Positions 35,961-40,383 of a stretch of DNA of 40,383 nt are shown in pieces. Origin of the DNA: a virus (Duplodnaviria; Caudoviricetes); the IMG/VR virus record IMGVR_UViG_3300024297_000327, positions 1 through 40,383 of that record; one strand, 5' to 3'. The notes beneath the pieces are model-generated. The model was not told the origin of the DNA. It saw nothing but the letters and a program-made list of their open reading frames with translations, and ran no database searches. The first letter of the stretch is position 1. The number at the start of each line of letters is the position of its first letter. Made by a program: the position numbers and the translations under genes.

Positions 35961-36431
35961 ATGCTAAAACTGACTCAACTGAGAGTAGTTCTTATAGTGG
36001 GATTACTCAACCTAATCGGATCACCTCATACTGTAGCGAGTGAGTTGGTTCATGAATTTAAAAATCCGTCCTTTTCAGGACAGGGTTATTCCAACCACGT
36101 ACTTTCTATAGAACAACTACAGTTCCAACGTAAGAAAGAAGCACAGGAAAAAGCGGATGCCGATGCGGCTAAGGCAAAACGTGAAGCAGAGTCCACAACT
36201 CTTGCGAAGTTTCTCAATAACGTGGAGTCGAGAATTTACGCACAGTTAAGTAAACAGTTGGTAGACAATATGTTTACTGAAGATGGTTCAGACTCAGGCA
36301 CAGCAACCATTGAAGGCGCAAGTATATACTGGATCAAAGATGCAACAAGTGATACTATCACTGTTCAGATTACAGAAGATGACGGGACCTTTACCGAGAT
36401 AGTAGTGCCATTAAGCGGATTTGGATTTTAA
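35961..36431 (+). CDS. csgF: Curli assembly component CsgF
   Basis: Signal peptide, SELVHEFKNPSFSG, F...VESRIYAQLS, TEIVVP; directly before csgG; TAAATA at 35938. Confidence 0.85.
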   Translation: MLKLTQLRVVLIVGLLNLIGSPHTVASELVHEFKNPSFSGQGYSNHVLSIEQLQFQRKKEAQEKADADAAKAKREAESTTLAKFLNNVESRIYAQLSKQLVDNMFTEDGSDSGTATIEGASIYWIKDATSDTITVQITEDDGTFTEIVVPLSGFGF

Positions 36432-36437
36432 GAAAAG

Positions 36438-37484
36438 ATGTTAAAAATATTAACTTTAGCGATAGGTGTGATTTTACTGACAGGTTGTGCGACAACTATG
36501 CCTTCCAGTATGATTGAAAATCCTAAAGTTGTAAGAAGTCCAATAGAAAGCATTTTAAAGAATGTTCCTGAACTTGACGGTCCTAAAATTACAATAGCAA
36601 TTTATAATTTTACAGACAAGACAGGACAACGTAAACCCAGTGAAAGTTTTTCACAATTAAGTTCAGCAGTTACTCAAGGTGCTGAGGTTTGGGTTATTAG
36701 TGGATTGCAGGAAGTAGGTAATGGGACTTACTTTACTGTTTTAGAAAGAGTAGGCTTAGAAAATTTAGTAAAAGAAAGGCAATTAATTAGATCAACAAGG
36801 GAGTTATATGAAGGCAAAGATGGAAAGAATAGGTTAAAACCTATGAAGTTTGCAGGGTTACTATTAGAAGGCGGTGTCATTGGTTACGATTCTAATATAA
36901 CGAGTGGCGGTGCTGGCGCAAGATACTTTGGTATAGGTGCCAACACGCAATATCGAACAGACAAAGTAACTGTTGCAATGCGTATCGTGAGTGTACAGAC
37001 TGGTGAAGTGTTATTGAGTGTGGCGACTGAAAAAACGATTGCATCATATGCGTCCGGAGCGGACGTTTTTAGGTTCCTTGATTTAGGTACTAAGGCTTTA
37101 GAAATAGAAGCCGGTGCCGCAGTCAATGAGCCGACCAATTACGCAGTTCGAGCGGCTATCGAAGCCGCAATAGTGGAATTGGTGACCAGTGGGGAAGCAA
37201 GTGGTCTTTGGAAATTTAAGCATAAGCCAAATTCAAAAGACATTGTCCTGAAGGGTGGAATAGTACATGAAGAGGGTACTTCTACCGAGGTTAATGTTGA
37301 TATGGCTGTGCCACATCTCCGACCGTTACCAGACGTTGAGGCGTTTAAAAAGTGGCCGGGTCAGACCTTGTATTGTTCAGAGGGTAATTTATGCATACCA
37401 TCCGAGGTAGCAGTAGAACAATACAAGTATGAAAGATTGCGACAAGAAAATAAACAAACAAATGAGGGAGAAAACAATGAATAA
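36438..37484 (+). CDS. csgG: Curli secretion channel CsgG
   Basis: Lipobox LTGC, YNFTDKTGQRKP, SSAVTQG, LERVGLENLVKERQLIR, EGGVIGYDSN, TGEVL. Confidence 0.93.
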   Translation: MLKILTLAIGVILLTGCATTMPSSMIENPKVVRSPIESILKNVPELDGPKITIAIYNFTDKTGQRKPSESFSQLSSAVTQGAEVWVISGLQEVGNGTYFTVLERVGLENLVKERQLIRSTRELYEGKDGKNRLKPMKFAGLLLEGGVIGYDSNITSGGAGARYFGIGANTQYRTDKVTVAMRIVSVQTGEVLLSVATEKTIASYASGADVFRFLDLGTKALEIEAGAAVNEPTNYAVRAAIEAAIVELVTSGEASGLWKFKHKPNSKDIVLKGGIVHEEGTSTEVNVDMAVPHLRPLPDVEAFKKWPGQTLYCSEGNLCIPSEVAVEQYKYERLRQENKQTNEGENNE

Positions 37485-38181
37485 ATCGTTTTCAATTAGA
37501 AGTATCCTTTTTGTTGCTATGTTGTTCTTTTTGTCACCAGTACAAGCGAATGATATCTATATTCAACAGTCCGGTAACAACTTAGACTTAGACATAACAC
37601 AAGATGGACAAAACAACGTTGCAGGTACAAGTCAAACAGGGATTACACTAACAGGTAATGCTATGACTTTTAACATAGACCAAGTAGGTAACTCTAACGT
37701 AGTATCCGCAATAATAAAAGGTGTAACTTATACAGGTAATATTGATCTTACTGGTAACAGTAACGATGTGGCATTACTTTGTAGTAGTGGATCAACAGGA
37801 AACTGTGACACTGTAAGTTTAAGTATAGACATAACTGGATCAAGTGCAGATATTAACGTAAGCATTGGTGAAGGTGCAGATGCAGAAAACTTCACTGGTA
37901 CTATTGATGTAGCAAGTGCGGCAGATGAAACTATAACACTTACAGCAAACGGTAAAAGTGCAATAGCAGACATAGACGTTTCCAATTCGTCAGGTAGTGC
38001 AGGTAACGTAGCAACCTACACACAAACTGGTGATGGAGATATCAATGGGCACACACTAACACACAGTCATACAGGTGATGGTGGGTTAACTGTTATTTCA
38101 CAGTCAGGTGTATATGATAATATCATTAACTTGACAACAAGTGGAGATAACGCGGCTATCAACATAACACAAAGCGACTAA
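37477..38181 (+). CDS. Secreted curlin-like repeat protein
   Basis: Signal peptide; repeats IQQSGNN, ITQDGQNN, IDQVGNSN, ISQSG; GAGGGAG SD before ATG 37477. Confidence 0.75.
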   Translation: MNKSFSIRSILFVAMLFFLSPVQANDIYIQQSGNNLDLDITQDGQNNVAGTSQTGITLTGNAMTFNIDQVGNSNVVSAIIKGVTYTGNIDLTGNSNDVALLCSSGSTGNCDTVSLSIDITGSSADINVSIGEGADAENFTGTIDVASAADETITLTANGKSAIADIDVSNSSGSAGNVATYTQTGDGDINGHTLTHSHTGDGGLTVISQSGVYDNIINLTTSGDNAAINITQSD

Positions 38182-38186
38182 GGATT

Positions 38187-39293
38187 ATGTTGAAGTTAGG
38201 TATTATAGTATCACTCCTCTTCTTAGGATCGTTTCCAGCCTTCGCAAATTCGATTGGCGATGTTATCTTACAGGAAGGTAACGCTGTCATTGAAAGGCAG
38301 GCTGGAGAGATCGTAACGAGTGAACAAGATACCGATGTGTTTAGTATGGACACAGTACTAACACAGAAAGGAAGTACGGCTATACAGTTCTTAGATGAAA
38401 CTCGTGTAGATGTAACTCCTCACTCCAAATTAGTTATAGACGAATTTGTTTACGATCCTAATTCTAAGACAGGTGCTTTGTCGTTGAAAGCATCTTTGGG
38501 AACCGTTAGATATGCAAGTGGACAAATAGCAAAGAATTCAAGACAAAATGTCTTAATAAAAACACCAACTGCTGTTATTGGTGTTAGAGGAACCGATTTT
38601 ACCATGACTGTTGACGAGACCGGAAACACGATGGTAATCCTACTACCAAGTTGTACGACAAATGGGATCTGTGTAGTAGGAGAAATTTCAGTGGAGTCAG
38701 ATGTGGGTATCGTAATACTCAATAAGGCCTTCCAAGTAACTTCTGTTAACACTCCCAAGAGTGCTCCGCTGAAACCCTTATTGTTGGATCCAACAAACTT
38801 AATCATTAACAACCTGCTAATCATACGCAAACCTGTGTATGATGATGAGCAAATGGAATATGAAAGAGTTAGAAAGTTGGGCGATTTCTTAGGTATTGAT
38901 TTTTTATCTTTTGATGAACTCAATACAAACTACTTCGCAGAAAGTGAAAGAGATCTTTGGATGACTGACCTGGACATAGACTTCTTAGGTCATAACTTTC
39001 TTGCAGATATCTTAGATCAAATTAACCAGGCATTGGCAAGACTAATGCGTGGTGCAATGGATGAAAGAAATCAAGGTATTCAGTTTGGTAAGGATCCAGA
39101 AACAGGAATAGAATTATATAACCAAGCACCGGATTGGGTTATTAGACGTGATGATGGGTTAGGTAACTTCTTTGAACTAAGACTTGACCAACAGTATGGT
39201 TACAATGTAAACATGCAACAACAAGACTTTGAATATTATGATTACCAACTTGGAGATGGACAGAATGCAATCGACATTAAGCAAGTTCAGTAG
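38187..39293 (+). CDS. Secreted FecR-domain protein
   Basis: Signal peptide; DTVLT..IQFLDET..SKLVIDEFVYDP..IKTPTAVIGVRGTDF. Confidence 0.85.
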   Translation: MLKLGIIVSLLFLGSFPAFANSIGDVILQEGNAVIERQAGEIVTSEQDTDVFSMDTVLTQKGSTAIQFLDETRVDVTPHSKLVIDEFVYDPNSKTGALSLKASLGTVRYASGQIAKNSRQNVLIKTPTAVIGVRGTDFTMTVDETGNTMVILLPSCTTNGICVVGEISVESDVGIVILNKAFQVTSVNTPKSAPLKPLLLDPTNLIINNLLIIRKPVYDDEQMEYERVRKLGDFLGIDFLSFDELNTNYFAESERDLWMTDLDIDFLGHNFLADILDQINQALARLMRGAMDERNQGIQFGKDPETGIELYNQAPDWVIRRDDGLGNFFELRLDQQYGYNVNMQQQDFEYYDYQLGDGQNAIDIKQVQ

Positions 39294-40383
39294 TATATTA
39301 TTATTTTTATTATTGTTTTGTACCTCTGTATTAGCAGACACGGCTCATATAAATTATGTGTCAAGTACAAGTGACCACTACACAAAATTAAAAAGTGAAC
39401 TGGAAGATTTAGGTTACACAGTCACAGGTACGAATAGTGGTACTGTGACCCTATCAGATTTCAGTAGCAAAGATTTACATATCAATATTGCAGGTGATTC
39501 AAACTGTGGTAACACTTGTAAGACGGCATACGAAACTTACATTGGTAATGGTGGTAATGTTATAATTGCAGGTAGTGGTGTTTATAATAATAATAGAGCA
39601 GGTAATATTGAAGCATTAATAGAAAGTAAATTAAGTGTAGGTACAATTACAATACACCCATATAACGCAAACTATAGTTCTAATGCAAATGGTTCATATT
39701 CAGGTGACGCTTCATCAGGGTATTGGCTTACAAGAAACTTGTTCACTATGCAATCAGGTGGTACTGCCATAGCCTCCAACAGTCCAGGTGGTTCCACTTA
39801 CAAGTCATGGGCAAAATATGACTATGGCAGTAATGGTGGCCAACTATTTGTTACCTTTGACCAATCACAATTTAAAAATTCTGTTAGTACCTGGATGACC
39901 AGATTTTATGCCTTTTTTCAACAGACATTGGAGAACGAAGGCATACTGTTAACAGCAACATATACATCAAGTATAAGCAATGCACAGACTACACAGATTA
40001 CAACATCAAGAGCAGTAACACACAGTGGCAACGGCATATACATCAATCAAGTAGGTAACAGCAATTCACTTACTATTGTACAAGACGGCGATGATAACTT
40101 AATAGCAGGTGTTGGTAGTACAACAAACAGTTTAGTTGATGCAGATATTACAGGAAACAACAACACTACTACACTAAAACAAAAAGGTAACAACAATGTT
40201 ATGTTGTTTGATATTACAGGAAACTCTAATACAACAACTGTTGATCAAGGTAGTACATCAGGTGCAGATGATAATAGAGTTGAGTTTGATATTAATGGCG
40301 ACACTAATGTATTAAGCGTCACACAAAACCACAACAATGGTATAGGAACTAATGGACACTTCTTTGCATTAGATTTAGATGGT
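39265..40383 (+). CDS. Secreted protein with N-terminal globular domain and C-terminal curlin-like repeats (3' truncated; absent from the ORF track)
   Basis: ATG 39265 with GGAG SD, MQSTLSKFSSILLFLLLFCTSVLA signal, open to the window end; INQVGNSN, IVQDGDDN, ITGNNN, KQKGNNN, ITGNSN repeats. Confidence 0.8.
   Translation, partial: MQSTLSKFSSILLFLLLFCTSVLADTAHINYVSSTSDHYTKLKSELEDLGYTVTGTNSGTVTLSDFSSKDLHINIAGDSNCGNTCKTAYETYIGNGGNVIIAGSGVYNNNRAGNIEALIESKLSVGTITIHPYNANYSSNANGSYSGDASSGYWLTRNLFTMQSGGTAIASNSPGGSTYKSWAKYDYGSNGGQLFVTFDQSQFKNSVSTWMTRFYAFFQQTLENEGILLTATYTSSISNAQTTQITTSRAVTHSGNGIYINQVGNSNSLTIVQDGDDNLIAGVGSTTNSLVDADITGNNNTTTLKQKGNNNVMLFDITGNSNTTTVDQGSTSGADDNRVEFDINGDTNVLSVTQNHNNGIGTNGHFFALDLDG

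Noticed and set aside
543-38923. Numerous antisense and alternate-frame ORFs in the track (e.g. 543..959, 2473..2910, 8341..8877, 22615..23163, 35312..35704, 38450..38923)
   Set aside because: They lie within or largely overlap well-supported genes, lack SD or motifs, and have the composition expected of shadow ORFs
1-40383. Bacterial chromosome rather than phage
   Set aside because: Housekeeping-like genes are isolated from their usual operons and interleaved with phage-type hypotheticals, a tail-like protein and T4-like late promoter motifs; a definitive call needs hallmark genes outside this window

Overview
Gene-dense, AT-rich segment of a large T4-like (myovirus-type) phage genome, probably aquatic, translated with the standard code. 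No capsid or terminase hallmark gene lies in the window. The phage call rests on gene content and on a recurrent TA(T)AAATA late-promoter-like motif alternating with sigma70-like promoters. Several markers point to an alphaproteobacterial host (inference): a permuted two-piece tmRNA with tag ANENFALAA, a heme oxygenase plus PcyX-like bilin reductase pair, and a ROSE-like hsp20 leader. Layout: (1) 1-9.2 kb, a late block of proteins with T4 internal-protein-like N-termini, including a Pol-beta-type nucleotidyltransferase and a KxDG ligase-like protein; (2) 9.3-17.5 kb, oxygenase, exonuclease, beta-helix structural protein, nrdAB, glutaredoxin and HAD phosphatase; (3) 17.6-30 kb, host-derived genes (cold-shock protein, tmRNA, tRNA-Trp, GH73 hydrolase, lipoproteins, bS21, oxygenases, guaC, sufE, hsp20, clpS, heme oxygenase, bilin reductase); (4) 31-40.4 kb, an envelope island with a porin, a paralogous GFPI membrane-protein pair, and a CHASE2 class III cyclase divergent from csgF-csgG-curlin-FecR-curlin. 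The strongest candidates for new biology are the curli/FecR/CHASE2-cyclase locus as a trans-envelope signalling system, two TC-A9 sites that look like programmed -1 frameshifts, and an apparently virion-packaged nucleotidyltransferase/ligase pair. All family assignments are from motif recognition by eye; no searches were run.
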